NCBI GenBank assembly: GCA_963842525.1
Contig: CAWJGT010000023.1
Coordinates: 64,001 to 128,000, forward strand
Length of the DNA stretch: 64,000 bases
Source: an uncultured Holophagales bacterium
GTDB taxonomy: Bacteria > Acidobacteriota > Thermoanaerobaculia > Multivoradales > UBA5704
Reading direction: 5' to 3'
This document shows, in pieces, positions 15,243-24,862 of this stretch. Each line of letters begins with the position of its first letter. The first letter of the stretch is position 1. Under the pieces are notes generated by a model. It saw nothing but the letters and a program-made list of their open reading frames with translations, had not been told where the DNA came from and ran no database searches. Position numbers and translations under genes: made by a program.

Positions 15243-16928
15243 ATGACCCATCCGTTCTTCACCACCCCGCCCGCAGCCGGGCTCACTCTGCTCCTCGCCC
15301 TGGCCCTTCCCGCCGCCCTCGCGGCGCAGGCCCCGACCAGTGCGGCGGACCGCGCCGCCGCACAGATCGACCGGAGCAGCCTCGAAGGTCCGATCCGCTT
15401 CCTGGCGGACAACCTCCTCGAAGGCAGGGGACCGGCCAGCCGGGGCGACCTGCTGGCGCAGCTCTATCTCGCCACGACGCTCCAGTCCCTGGGCCTCGAG
15501 CCTGGCCTCGAGAACGGCTACGTGCAGCCGTTCGACATGGTGAGCGTCAACGCCGAGGTGCCCAAGGCCTGGGCCTTCCGCAAGGGCGGCCAGGATCTGA
15601 CTCTCAAGTACTGGGACCAGTACATCGCCGCCAGCGGCATCCAGGAGGACAGGTCCGCGATTGACGGCGCCGAAGTGGTCTTCGTAGGCTACGGCATCCA
15701 GGCGCCCGAGTACCAGTGGGACGACTACAAGGGGATGGACCTCAAGGGGAAGGTTCTGCTGATGCTGAACAACGACCCCGAGTCGGACCCCAAGCTCTTC
15801 GAGGGGAACCGCCGGCTGTACTACGGCCGCTGGGTCTACAAGTACGAGAGCGCGGCGCGGCAGGGGGCGGCCGGGGCGATCATCATCCACACCCAGCCGT
15901 CGGCCGGCTACGGCTGGCAGGTGGTGCAGAGCTCGTGGACCGGCCCGCAGTTCGAGCTGCCCGCCGAGGGCGAGCCGCGGACGCAGATCAGCGCCTGGGT
16001 CACCGAGGACGCCGCGCGGCAGCTCGCGAAGCTGGCCGGCAAGGACCTCGACGCGCTGGTGAAGCAGGCCCAGAGCCGGGACTTCCGTCCCGTGCCGCTG
16101 GGCGTGACCACTTCGCTCGCCGTCGCCAACAAGATCGAAAAGGTGCAGACCGCGAACGTGGCCGGTCTCCTGCGCGGCTCCGACCCGAAGCTCAAGGACG
16201 AGGTGGTGATCTACACAGCGCACCACGACCACCTGGGCATCGGCGAGCCGGACAAGGCAGGGGACAAGATCTACAACGGCGCCCTGGACAACGCGGCGGG
16301 CGTGGCGCAGGTACTGGCGATCGCCAAGGCCTTCACAGCCCTGCCGCAGAAGCCGCGGCGGTCGGTCCTCTTCCTGTTCGTGGCGGCCGAGGAGCAGGGC
16401 CTGCTGGGCTCGGAGTACTACGCCCGGCATCCGACCTTCCCGCCGGGCAGGATCGCCGCCAACGTCAACTTCGACGGCGGCGCCATCTGGGGGAGGGCGA
16501 CGGACCTGACCTACATCGGCTTCGGCAAATCCTCGCTGGACCAGGTGGTGAAATCCGCCGCCGCGAAGCAGGGCCGGACGGTCGTCGGCGATCAGTTCCC
16601 CGACAAAGGCTCCTTCTACCGCTCCGACCAGTTCAACTTCGCGAAGATCGGCGTCCCGGCGATCTACCTCGACGCCGGTACCCACCTCCAGGGCCGCTCA
16701 GAGGATTGGGGCCGGCAGCAGATGCAGGCCTGGGAGGACGCCCACTACCACCAGCCGAGCGACCAGCTCACGCCCGACTGGAGCTACGACGGCATGATCG
16801 ACGACGCCCGCCTGGGCTTCCAGGCCGGCCTGGAGATCGCCAACGCCGACAAGCTCCCCGCCTGGAACCCGGGCGACGAGTTCGAGGCGACAAGGAAGAA
16901 GGCGCTTGCGGAGGTGGGGGGACGGTAG
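15243..16928 (+). CDS. Secreted M28-family aminopeptidase with PA domain
   Basis: Signal-peptide-like N-terminus. LEGRGPASRG, VVFVGYGI..WDDYKGMDLKGK (PA), YTAHHDHLG, IYNGALDNAAG, AAEEQGLLGS, YRSDQFNF, YHQPSD. Confidence 0.93.
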   Translation: MTHPFFTTPPAAGLTLLLALALPAALAAQAPTSAADRAAAQIDRSSLEGPIRFLADNLLEGRGPASRGDLLAQLYLATTLQSLGLEPGLENGYVQPFDMVSVNAEVPKAWAFRKGGQDLTLKYWDQYIAASGIQEDRSAIDGAEVVFVGYGIQAPEYQWDDYKGMDLKGKVLLMLNNDPESDPKLFEGNRRLYYGRWVYKYESAARQGAAGAIIIHTQPSAGYGWQVVQSSWTGPQFELPAEGEPRTQISAWVTEDAARQLAKLAGKDLDALVKQAQSRDFRPVPLGVTTSLAVANKIEKVQTANVAGLLRGSDPKLKDEVVIYTAHHDHLGIGEPDKAGDKIYNGALDNAAGVAQVLAIAKAFTALPQKPRRSVLFLFVAAEEQGLLGSEYYARHPTFPPGRIAANVNFDGGAIWGRATDLTYIGFGKSSLDQVVKSAAAKQGRTVVGDQFPDKGSFYRSDQFNFAKIGVPAIYLDAGTHLQGRSEDWGRQQMQAWEDAHYHQPSDQLTPDWSYDGMIDDARLGFQAGLEIANADKLPAWNPGDEFEATRKKALAEVGGR

Positions 16929-16970
16929 GAAACAGAGAGAGTCCGCTCCATTGGGCTCGGAGCAGACCGG

Positions 16971-16998
16971 AGGCGGCCGCAGGGCCGCCTTTTTCTTT
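16971..16998 (+). terminator. Rho-independent terminator
   Basis: AGGCGGCC-gcag-GGCCGCCT followed by TTTTCTTT, between convergent genes. Confidence 0.8.
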
Positions 16999-17028
16999 GA
17001 ATCTGTTCGAAACGATCCGGCTTCAGGC

Positions 17029-19137
17029 TCACCGGCTGAGCTGTGCCCCCCGCCGTACAGCTCCCCGTGGCTGCGCGAAGGATCGTCCAGTATCCAAAAG
17101 CCGATCGGGGGTCTCCTTCCGGACGACCCGGATCGTCACCTGCCGCACGATCCACTCCTTGTCGGGGAACTCGGAAGGGTAGAGCTTGCGCTTGCGCGGC
17201 GCCTCCCCCGCCATCATCGTGAAGAGCTGGCCGAGCACGCCCTTCGGCACTCCCCGCTTGACCGACAATGGCTGCTCCAGCGCCGGCATCCGCAACCAGT
17301 CGAAGCTCGTCGTGCCCCTGGTGGCGAAGATCTTGAAGATGTCGGTCCCCGCGGTGAAGCCGGGGGGCAGCCAACCGCGGACCGCCAGCGGCAGGGACTC
17401 CTCGGGACCGAGCGTATGGTCCGTCAGGCCGTAGCGCGGCGGCCAGATCGCCTCGATGGACCAGTCGGGCCGCAGGTCGAGCACGGCGATGCTGAGGTCC
17501 CACGGCGAGCCGTTGAAGATCTCGACCCGGACGACTTCGTCGGGAGCAGCTTCGACGACTCCTGGCTCGGGCCGGCCGGGGATCCGTACCTCGAACCGCT
17601 CGAAGAGCGGATGCGGCTGTGGGTTCTCGAGCTCCGCGATCGTCCGGTAGCGGGCGAGGTGGTCCAGGCGCCTCAGCAGCCGTGGCACCGATGCGGCCTG
17701 GGAGATCGGCAGCGGCGGATGCAGCGGGATCGGTGAGCCTCCACGGTCCAGGATCTCGTACTCCCCCTGGTCGGCGACGGCCACCTGGAGATCGGCCTCC
17801 CTGCCGTCCTCCACAAGGCTGATAAAGCCCGGCGCCCTCTCGGCGAGAGACCGGCGAGCCAGGTCGAGGGCACTTTCCTCACCAGGGACCGGCACGCCTT
17901 CCGTGCGCGGCACGACGGCCACCGCACGCTGGAGCGAGAGGGGGCCCGCCGCCGTGAGGACAGCCTGCGCTCCGGGCTCGATCGGGCCCGGCGACAGCTC
18001 GCGGACGACTTCGGCCCAGGACTCCACCGCCCCGGCCTGCCGGACCTCGACGAGCGCCTGCCGGAGGTCGCTCCGGTCAACCTGCGCCCCCGGAGGGAAG
18101 ATGGTGAATTGCTCCCCGACCCGCACGCCCTGCGCCCGGCCGGTGTTGAGCAGGAGCTGCCCCCTCTCGAGGCGGATCACCAGGACAGGCCCGCCGGTCT
18201 CGACGGGGAGATCTCCGGAGGCCCGTACGGCGTCAGTGCGGCTCGTACCGAGGAAGGGCCGGTCGCCATCGCCCAGGAGCACGGGCGTCTGTTGGGGGAG
18301 GAGGCCGTGGATGCGCGCCACGAGGAGGCCGTGAAGCTGGCGGCAGGCGAGGCCCGTGCCCTGGCGGCGGAGGATATCGAGCAGCCAGTAGGTCAAGGCT
18401 CCGTGCTGCTCTCTGTCCGGAAAGGGCATCTCCATGGCGCGCTCGCGCTCCCGGCAGGCGGCGACGAGGACGTAGCCGTCGGCCGGGGGGAGCCAGCCTG
18501 GACCGCCCAACCCTGCCGGGTGGAGCCGGCGCCAGGCCTCCACGAGGTCTTCACGGGTCCCCGCCCCGCTCTCCGCCGGCCGGGCCGTCCGATCGACGCG
18601 CAGTTTTCCGCGCGCCACGGCTCCTGTTCGCCCCCGGGTCGCGCCGCCGCTGTGGCAACTGTCGAGGACGACGGTGACCGAGAGGCCGCGGGCCGTCATC
18701 CGGTGCAGGAGCAGCCCCAGCTCGACGTCGCGAAGATAGCGGGTCTCCGAGAGGCAGATGTCGCATGGCGCCAGGCACTCGTCCCAGCCGCTCTCCCCCT
18801 TGAGCTCAGGGAACAGGGTCGGCGTCCGTGCGCCGTGGCCGGCATAGTGGATGTAGACCTGGTCGCCTGGGAGGGCGGCTTCGGTGACCTGCCGGAAGGC
18901 GGCGACGATGTTCTCGTAGGTGGGCCGCCGCCGTGGATCGCCGGCCGGCATACCGGGGGCCGCCGTCAGCTCGACCATCTGGTTATCGGGCAGCTCAAAG
19001 CGGTCGCGCACGAAGGCTGCCACGGCTTCGACATCCCCGACCGCGCCCGCCAGGTCTGGACAGGAATCCCCGTCCGGGAAGTGGTTTGGCGCATAGTCGC
19101 CAACCCCGATCAGCAAGGCGAACAGGCGGGAGCTCAT
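17029..19137 (-). CDS. Caspase/metacaspase-family (C14) protease with C-terminal accessory domains
   Basis: Start MSSRLFALLIGVGDY at 19137 (ATGA overlap). LAGAVGDV, PTYENIVAAF, YIHYAGHG (His), VVLDSCHSGG (Cys), HGALTYWL, QQTPVLLG. Confidence 0.9.
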   Translation of the reverse strand: MSSRLFALLIGVGDYAPNHFPDGDSCPDLAGAVGDVEAVAAFVRDRFELPDNQMVELTAAPGMPAGDPRRRPTYENIVAAFRQVTEAALPGDQVYIHYAGHGARTPTLFPELKGESGWDECLAPCDICLSETRYLRDVELGLLLHRMTARGLSVTVVLDSCHSGGATRGRTGAVARGKLRVDRTARPAESGAGTREDLVEAWRRLHPAGLGGPGWLPPADGYVLVAACRERERAMEMPFPDREQHGALTYWLLDILRRQGTGLACRQLHGLLVARIHGLLPQQTPVLLGDGDRPFLGTSRTDAVRASGDLPVETGGPVLVIRLERGQLLLNTGRAQGVRVGEQFTIFPPGAQVDRSDLRQALVEVRQAGAVESWAEVVRELSPGPIEPGAQAVLTAAGPLSLQRAVAVVPRTEGVPVPGEESALDLARRSLAERAPGFISLVEDGREADLQVAVADQGEYEILDRGGSPIPLHPPLPISQAASVPRLLRRLDHLARYRTIAELENPQPHPLFERFEVRIPGRPEPGVVEAAPDEVVRVEIFNGSPWDLSIAVLDLRPDWSIEAIWPPRYGLTDHTLGPEESLPLAVRGWLPPGFTAGTDIFKIFATRGTTSFDWLRMPALEQPLSVKRGVPKGVLGQLFTMMAGEAPRKRKLYPSEFPDKEWIVRQVTIRVVRKETPDRLLDTGRSFAQPRGAVRRGAQLSR

Positions 19138-20564
19138 GCCGAAGCCGCGGGTCTGGGCAGCCGCACAGCGGGATCGCCGAGCACGATGTAGTTGCGGGCG
19201 TCGTTGCAGGCGATCCACAAGGTGGCCAGGTACTCCGGATCCTCCGGCCCACGGTTGCGCAGACGCTGCAGCTCCTTGGCCAGCGGGACCGAGAGCCTAG
19301 CGAAGCGTTCGCCGAATACCTCCATGGCCTCTCCCACCGGCCGTCCCTGGAGGATCATGTCCAGTGCGTCCTCGAAGGGTTGGATCTGCTGGCCGGCGCC
19401 GCCCCATTCGATGGAGGACGGCCAAGCCGTCTCGATGTGGCCGATCACGGCGAGAGCCCCGCCCCTCGGATGTGCGAGGAGCCGCTGCGGCAGGCGGGCG
19501 ACGAACGGTTGGGGAGCGACCTCTGCCGCAGCGTCCGACTCGTAGCGGAAGTCGTTCTCCCGCGGGGAACCCGCGCTGTAGCAGGCGAAATGGAAGGAGA
19601 TCATCCCCCGCAGGCGCTCGGTTTCTGGACAGAGGTCGTTGGCGCAGAAGAAAAACTCCCGTGGCGCCGGCCCTTTGAACCGGTTCGGCCCGGGGTGCTC
19701 CCGGCACACAATGGAGCCCTGATACTCCTGCAGGACCGCGCTCTCGCGGCGCAGGACCATGCCGTGGCTGGCGGTGAACAGGAAATCCGGCGTCTCGTCG
19801 CCGCCCAGCAGGCGGCGCAGGCGGACCTTGGTCGCTTCCTGCCGGAACGCCTCGTTCACCTCCCAGCCGGCCTGGTCCCGGGCGCGTTTCGCGAGCGGCT
19901 CCGCCAGGTGGCGGACGCTGAGCTCGGTCGCCGGGTCGCCCTCATGCTCGACAGCAAAAAAGGCGGCCGTGCGGCCCTGCTTCGGCGGCTCCGTCTCCGC
20001 GGCCACGACCTGGCAGGCGTAGCGCTCGTATTCCGCGAGCGTGTCGAAGCAGATCCGTCCAACCGCGTACTCGATGTCAAGCTCGTACTGGAAGTCCCAG
20101 GGGATCTCTTCCGGGCCTCCTACGATCAAGAGGTAGTACGGCATTTTCGCCGGCTCGACCGCGTCCGGACCTACGCCGAACCGGCGCAGGTAAGCGTCCT
20201 TGGTGTCCCCGGCCTTATACCCCTCCTCGGAGACAAGCTCGCGGTAGTAGTGGGGGCGCTTGATGCCGACCTGGCTCTTGCGCAGGTCCAGAAGAGGTCG
20301 GAGAGCCTTCAGGAGGTCGAACGTCCGTTCGTCATTCTGGGCAAAGATAATTCCCCAGCCTGCCTGCGAGAGATCGCCGGCATCGGCTTTCCGGTCACGC
20401 AGCCGCCTCTCCCGGCCCTTGACCCAGAGCTGGAGATCCTCGACATCCTCCCGCTCGGGCTGCCGGCGGACCCATGCCGCGAACTCTTCGACCGTGGCTG
20501 GAGAGTAGGCGTACTCTCCGGTCTCGAACTGGATCCCATTGGGGACGAGCAGTCTCTGCTCCAT
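19134..20564 (-). CDS. Peptidase C25 (gingipain)-like clan CD protease
   Basis: PYYLLIVGGPEEIPWDFQY..YAVGRI, LFTASHGM (His), FHFACYSAG (Cys), GGALAVIGH, NYIVLGDPAVRL. GAGGAGG RBS. Confidence 0.75.
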   Translation of the reverse strand: MEQRLLVPNGIQFETGEYAYSPATVEEFAAWVRRQPEREDVEDLQLWVKGRERRLRDRKADAGDLSQAGWGIIFAQNDERTFDLLKALRPLLDLRKSQVGIKRPHYYRELVSEEGYKAGDTKDAYLRRFGVGPDAVEPAKMPYYLLIVGGPEEIPWDFQYELDIEYAVGRICFDTLAEYERYACQVVAAETEPPKQGRTAAFFAVEHEGDPATELSVRHLAEPLAKRARDQAGWEVNEAFRQEATKVRLRRLLGGDETPDFLFTASHGMVLRRESAVLQEYQGSIVCREHPGPNRFKGPAPREFFFCANDLCPETERLRGMISFHFACYSAGSPRENDFRYESDAAAEVAPQPFVARLPQRLLAHPRGGALAVIGHIETAWPSSIEWGGAGQQIQPFEDALDMILQGRPVGEAMEVFGERFARLSVPLAKELQRLRNRGPEDPEYLATLWIACNDARNYIVLGDPAVRLPRPAASA

Positions 20565-20588
20565 CGCGTCCTCCTCGGTCGTGGCGAT

Positions 20589-20621
20589 GGAGGCGGCGGG
20601 GCTGAGGAACCCGCCGCCTCC
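20589..20621. promoter_or_regulatory. Perfect 12-bp stem-loop between the peptide gene and the C25 gene (no U tract on the coding strand)
   Basis: GGAGGCGGCGGG-gctgaggaa-CCCGCCGCCTCC. Confidence 0.6.
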
Positions 20622-20648
20622 CTATCCTTTCGCGGTCCGAGCCCGGGG

Positions 20649-20867
20649 TCAGTAGGTGCTGGGATCGTCGGAGGCCTTGCCGTAGCCCGGCTTGATAGGC
20701 TGGTCCGGGATCGGATCGTCGCCCGGCTCGCCGTAGCCGGGTTTAGGCGGCACGTCCGGGATCGGATCGTCGCCCGGCTCGCCGAATCCGGGCTTGGGCG
20801 GTCGGTCCACAATCACATCGCCCGTCTTCAATGCCTGCGGATCCACCGGCTGCTTCATGTCGCTCAT
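20649..20867 (-). CDS. 72-aa peptide: 21-aa leader-like segment plus three 17-aa Pro/Gly/Asp-rich repeats
   Basis: AAAGGAGA RBS. MSDMKQPVDPQALKTGDVIVD-RPPKPGFGEPGDDPIPD-VPPKPGYGEPGDDPIPD-QPIKPGYGKASDDPSTY. The DNA period is 51 bp with synonymous differences between copies. Confidence 0.8.
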   Translation of the reverse strand: MSDMKQPVDPQALKTGDVIVDRPPKPGFGEPGDDPIPDVPPKPGYGEPGDDPIPDQPIKPGYGKASDDPSTY

Positions 20868-20911
20868 CAGGGTGTCTCCTTTCTGATTAGCTCGGCCGTT
20901 CTCTTTCCCAA

Positions 20912-20938
20912 TAGACACGGGGGGGCATGGTTTTGTTT
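20912..20938 (-). promoter_or_regulatory. Possible ECF-type promoter (AAAC-N18-GTCTA) upstream of the peptide gene
   Basis: The minus strand reads CCAAACAAAACCATGCCCCCCCGTGTCTAT. It resembles the generic ECF AAC/GTCT elements, but the spacing is uncertain. Confidence 0.25.
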
Positions 20939-20941
20939 GGC

Positions 20942-23900
20942 TCACTTCCAATCACCCTGAAGGACGAAGCCAGCCCAGTAGTAGGGAGCCTCCCAACCCG
21001 GATGGCTCCGCACGGCCATCTGGGCTTTCCGCAAGGCCGCTGCCGGGGAGAGCCCTTCGCGGAGCATGGCGCTGTAAAAGTGCGTCATCAGCTCTGCGGT
21101 GGCTCGATCGCTCACACTCCAGAGGCTGACCACGACCCCCTTGGCGCCAGCATAGAGGAATCCGCGCGTCAGACGAGACACACCCTCGCCCCTGACATCC
21201 TCACCCAAGGCTGTCTCGCAGGCGCTCAAAACGACGAGCTCCACGGGGAGATCCAGACCGTAGATTTCCAGGGCATGGAGAAAGCCTTCCCGCCGGTTAC
21301 CCTGCTCATCGAACTGGGAAAGGACGATGCCCGACAGCTCGGGATGCGGATCGAGCTTGCCGTGGGTAGCGAAGTGGACGATGCGATACTGTCCAAGCAG
21401 CGGGCTCTTCGCGGTCTCGAGATTGGCATCGAAGCCGAGCGCGCGGAAGGACTCCCCGGCGGGGACGAAGGAGAGAATTGCTTCCGCCTCGGCCCTTGAC
21501 CAATACAGGGGCGGCAGATCCTGGAAGTCCTCTTCGATCGCCGCACGGGATGACGTGCCGAGGGCGGCGGCGAGCCGCGAATCCGCGGGGCCGAACACGG
21601 GGTCGGCCAGCACCGCCACAGCGTGAGGCGCCGGCCGGCGCAGGGCCCTGTCCCGGCGAAGAAGGGCCAGAGCGGAGGCGGAAGGGAGATGGACGATCTC
21701 GTGGCCGGCCACCAGGGGGCGCGCCGGCACGCCCGCTTCCCCGCCAAGCTCGGGCAGCGCCGCGAACGGAACCAGGTGGAGCGCTCCGTCCGCGACGATC
21801 AACAGTCGCTTCGCTTCAAGACGACCGGAGACCGGCGCGAGCAGCAGGTCCGAGAGCCTGCGCGCGGCTGCCGCGAACTCTCCCTGGGCAGCACGTCGAC
21901 GGTTCCTGACCAGAAATTGGCCGAGATCGAGGACCGCCGCCTCGATCGTGCGACGTTCCGGGAGATCAAAGACCTCCAGAGAATCGCGGCCGACGAGGAA
22001 CAAAAAGCTCCGTGGCTCCGCCAGCACATAAGAGAGCAGGAGGGAGTCGCCGTCCAGCACCTCGCGCCGGACCTCCTGAAGAGTCAGGGGGCTGGATTGG
22101 ACCAGGGCAGCGTATCTTGGACTGGCGGCGCGGATCTCGGCCTGCAGGTGGTCATGCTGGACCACGAGGTCCGAAAGCTCCCGCTCCAGGGCAGCCAGCC
22201 GCCGCAAAGATTCCTCGTCCTGAGGCCTCGAGGGCCAGATCTGAAGCGCGCGCTCGCGCTTCTTGATCTCCCGCAAGAGGCGTGTCTCGGCCTCGATGAG
22301 ATTGGGATCGACCCCGGTGCGGAGGTCGGCTTGCGATTCGGCCAGCTCGTCGAGCAGCGACCGGGCCCGTGCCCGCTCGCTCACCTCGAATGCCTGGACA
22401 TCCAATCCCTTGCCGGGCTCGCGCCGGTGCGACCGGATGAGCAGGTCGATATAGAAAAGATATCGCTCGCGTACCTGAGCGGCGAACGAGGACCGCAGAT
22501 CCTGGCTGGTCGTACCAGTCCGCAGGGACTCGGTCAAGTCGAGCCCCTCTGAGGCGAGGTTGCGGGCAGTAGGGAGATCGCCGAGGTCACGCCAAGCCCG
22601 CGCAGCACCGTCGAGGATCCGGGCCTCAGAGTCGGCATCGCCCGCCGCCTGTGCCAGCTTCCGGGCCTCGTCGAACAGGCGGACGGCCTCGGTTTCACGA
22701 TTTTCGAGATCGCAGATCCGGGCCAGATTGCCGAGCGCGTAAGCTTTTCCACGGATGTCGTCGATCCGGCGCGCAACCTTGAGTGCCTTCTCCAAATACG
22801 CCTTGGCCTGATCGATCTGCCCGGCTTCGAGAAGGAGATGCCCCATCCAGGAAAGAGTGGACGTCTCGTTCTGGGCCTCACCGAGCCGCTGCGTCAACTC
22901 CAGGGCTCTAGACAGATTGTCGAGGGCCTCGGGGACCTTCCCCAGCTCCAGGTACGCCGCGCCGATGCTGCTCAAGGTGACAGCTTCCCTGGCGAGCTCC
23001 CGCTCCACGCCGTGCTGCAGCAAGAGCGCCTCCTGGAAGGAGCGGAGAGCCTCGGACGGCCTCCCCATGGCCAGGTCCACTTGACCGATGTTGGAAAGGA
23101 TGATGGCCTGGTTCCCGCGCCCTCCGAGCTTCCTCCAGAGGGCGAGCGACCGATGGTAGAAGGCAAGGGCGTCCTGGACTCTCCCTCGCCTCTTGTAGAC
23201 CAGGGCGATGTTGCTCAAGGTGTCGGCCTCACCAGGGCCGTCGCCGAGTTGTTGATAGAGGGAAAGAGACCGGAGATAGGCCCCGAGAGCCTGTTCGAGG
23301 TCACCGAGGTGGTAGCGCGACCGGCCGATGGCGTCAACAAGCAGCGCCTCGCCGGCCCGATCTCCTGCGGCGAGGAACAAAGGCAATGCCTGTTCGAAGA
23401 GGTTGCGCGCTTTCTGATGCTCTCCGAGGTTCTCATAGCTGCTGCCGAGCCAGAGGAGCGTGAGCGCCCGCTCCCGGGGCTCGGTGGCCGCATCCCAGAG
23501 ATCGAAGGCGCGTTCAAGCTCTCTGATCGTATGACGGTGCGCCTTGGCCGAGGGTTCCCGGCGCGAGGCAAGGCCTCGCGAAAGGTGGATTGCCGCGAGA
23601 GCCCGGCGGCGGTCTGTCAATGTGGCGCGACGGGAGGTCTCGAGCGAGAGGGCATAGATGCCTGCCCGGCTCGAGCCGAGCTCCAGCCGGTAGCCTCCGT
23701 TGACCTCAGCAACCGCAAGGAGGGGCTCCGGAGGCAGCAGGCCACTACCAGGCGCTTCCAGATCGAGCAGACACTCTCCCGTGGGACTGAAGAGGGTGAC
23801 CCGGAGATCGATGCCACGGCTGGCAATCTTTCCCCGGAGAGCCTCCCCGGCCTTCAACGGGATCTCATATGCCTGGAGGTCTTGCCCGCCGCGCAGCTTC

Positions 23901-24055
23901 CCCTGGACGGCATCGCCGGGCCAGAGCCGGCGCGCGGGAACCTTCGGCGTTCCCGGGGATGATGAGCGAACTGGAAGGCCGGAGCTGAGGGCAAGAGCCT
24001 CAAGGCCAAGGAGGCTGACGACAACCCAAGCTGTCGATGATGTCCGCGGTCTCAC
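20942..24055 (-). CDS. TPR-CHAT protease with signal-like N-terminus and PPC-like domain
   Basis: Hydrophobic N-terminus, beta-sandwich segment (YEIPLKAGE..IDLRVTLFSPTG), about 8 TPR units, AFEVSERARARSLLD, ADGALHLVPFAAL, IVHFATHG (His), VVLSACETALG (Cys), PYYWAGFVLQGDW. Confidence 0.93.
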   Translation of the reverse strand: MRPRTSSTAWVVVSLLGLEALALSSGLPVRSSSPGTPKVPARRLWPGDAVQGKLRGGQDLQAYEIPLKAGEALRGKIASRGIDLRVTLFSPTGECLLDLEAPGSGLLPPEPLLAVAEVNGGYRLELGSSRAGIYALSLETSRRATLTDRRRALAAIHLSRGLASRREPSAKAHRHTIRELERAFDLWDAATEPRERALTLLWLGSSYENLGEHQKARNLFEQALPLFLAAGDRAGEALLVDAIGRSRYHLGDLEQALGAYLRSLSLYQQLGDGPGEADTLSNIALVYKRRGRVQDALAFYHRSLALWRKLGGRGNQAIILSNIGQVDLAMGRPSEALRSFQEALLLQHGVERELAREAVTLSSIGAAYLELGKVPEALDNLSRALELTQRLGEAQNETSTLSWMGHLLLEAGQIDQAKAYLEKALKVARRIDDIRGKAYALGNLARICDLENRETEAVRLFDEARKLAQAAGDADSEARILDGAARAWRDLGDLPTARNLASEGLDLTESLRTGTTSQDLRSSFAAQVRERYLFYIDLLIRSHRREPGKGLDVQAFEVSERARARSLLDELAESQADLRTGVDPNLIEAETRLLREIKKRERALQIWPSRPQDEESLRRLAALERELSDLVVQHDHLQAEIRAASPRYAALVQSSPLTLQEVRREVLDGDSLLLSYVLAEPRSFLFLVGRDSLEVFDLPERRTIEAAVLDLGQFLVRNRRRAAQGEFAAAARRLSDLLLAPVSGRLEAKRLLIVADGALHLVPFAALPELGGEAGVPARPLVAGHEIVHLPSASALALLRRDRALRRPAPHAVAVLADPVFGPADSRLAAALGTSSRAAIEEDFQDLPPLYWSRAEAEAILSFVPAGESFRALGFDANLETAKSPLLGQYRIVHFATHGKLDPHPELSGIVLSQFDEQGNRREGFLHALEIYGLDLPVELVVLSACETALGEDVRGEGVSRLTRGFLYAGAKGVVVSLWSVSDRATAELMTHFYSAMLREGLSPAAALRKAQMAVRSHPGWEAPYYWAGFVLQGDWK

Positions 24056-24066
24056 ATCGATTCGAT

Positions 24067-24849
24067 TCAGGTGGGAGGGGCGACTTCGAAATCATAGGTG
24101 TCGACAAGCGATCGCTGCGGTCCGCTGCCGCCGTAGAGCTCCAGTTGGTAGCTGCCAGGGGAAAAGTGCTGCCGCGACAGCTCCATGGAAAGAATGCCTT
24201 CCTCATTGCGTGTCAGCCCAGGCTTGACGAGGACTGGCTTGCCGCCATCGCCGGTCCGCCGGAACACCGCCTCGTACTCGGAGAATGCCGGCGCATTCCA
24301 GGCATGGACCATGAGAACGAAGCTCAAGCCGCCGGGCGGCACTACGTTCTCAGCATCTTGCGGACCCGCGCTGCGCCTGACTTCGTCAGGAGCGTACAGG
24401 TCGGCATAGGCGACGTTCACCTGCGGCTGGTTGATCTCCTCGATTGTCCGCCGCAACGCAACCACCCAGACCGACAGCCCCACCGTACAGACGAGCAGCG
24501 CCGCCGCCAGCCCGTAGGCGAATTGCGGCGCGGCGAACCACCGCCGGCTCGTCAAGATCTTCCGCTCCTCCAACCGCGGCCGCAACCGCCGCCAGGCTGC
24601 CTCGACCTGGGCGTCGGACAGGCCGGCCTCCTCCGGCTTGCCGTTCTCGAACTCCTTCAGGTCCAGCAGCAACTGCGAGCAGTCGGGGCAGAGCGCCAGG
24701 TGGTCCTGGATCCGCTCGTCATCCGGCGGGGTCAGCTCGCCGGCGCGATAGGCGACCAGCTCTTCGGGAGTGGGGTGATCGTCCAGGCCGCGCCGGGCCT
24801 TGTCGGCCAGCGCTCGCAGGGTGGGCCCGAGGGGCGGCTTTGCGTCCAC
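24067..24849 (-). CDS. Zinc-finger (zf-HC2/ZAS) transmembrane anti-sigma factor
   Basis: HPTPEELVAYRAGEL..IQDHLALCPDC (HxxxCxxC), TM segment YGLAAALLVCTVGLSVWVVAL, extracytoplasmic beta domain. Directly downstream of an ECF sigma. Confidence 0.88.
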   Translation of the reverse strand: MDAKPPLGPTLRALADKARRGLDDHPTPEELVAYRAGELTPPDDERIQDHLALCPDCSQLLLDLKEFENGKPEEAGLSDAQVEAAWRRLRPRLEERKILTSRRWFAAPQFAYGLAAALLVCTVGLSVWVVALRRTIEEINQPQVNVAYADLYAPDEVRRSAGPQDAENVVPPGGLSFVLMVHAWNAPAFSEYEAVFRRTGDGGKPVLVKPGLTRNEEGILSMELSRQHFSPGSYQLELYGGSGPQRSLVDTYDFEVAPPT

Positions 24850-24862
24850 TCTCTTCTCGCCG

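Noticed and set aside
15243-16928. M28 peptidase as part of either neighbouring protease/chaperone system
   Set aside because: It is a common standalone secreted enzyme, separated by a REP-like element upstream and its own terminator downstream.
20649-20805. CRISPR-like or non-coding 51-bp repeat
   Set aside because: The period is a multiple of three with synonymous variation inside an ORF with a strong RBS, so it is a coding repeat.
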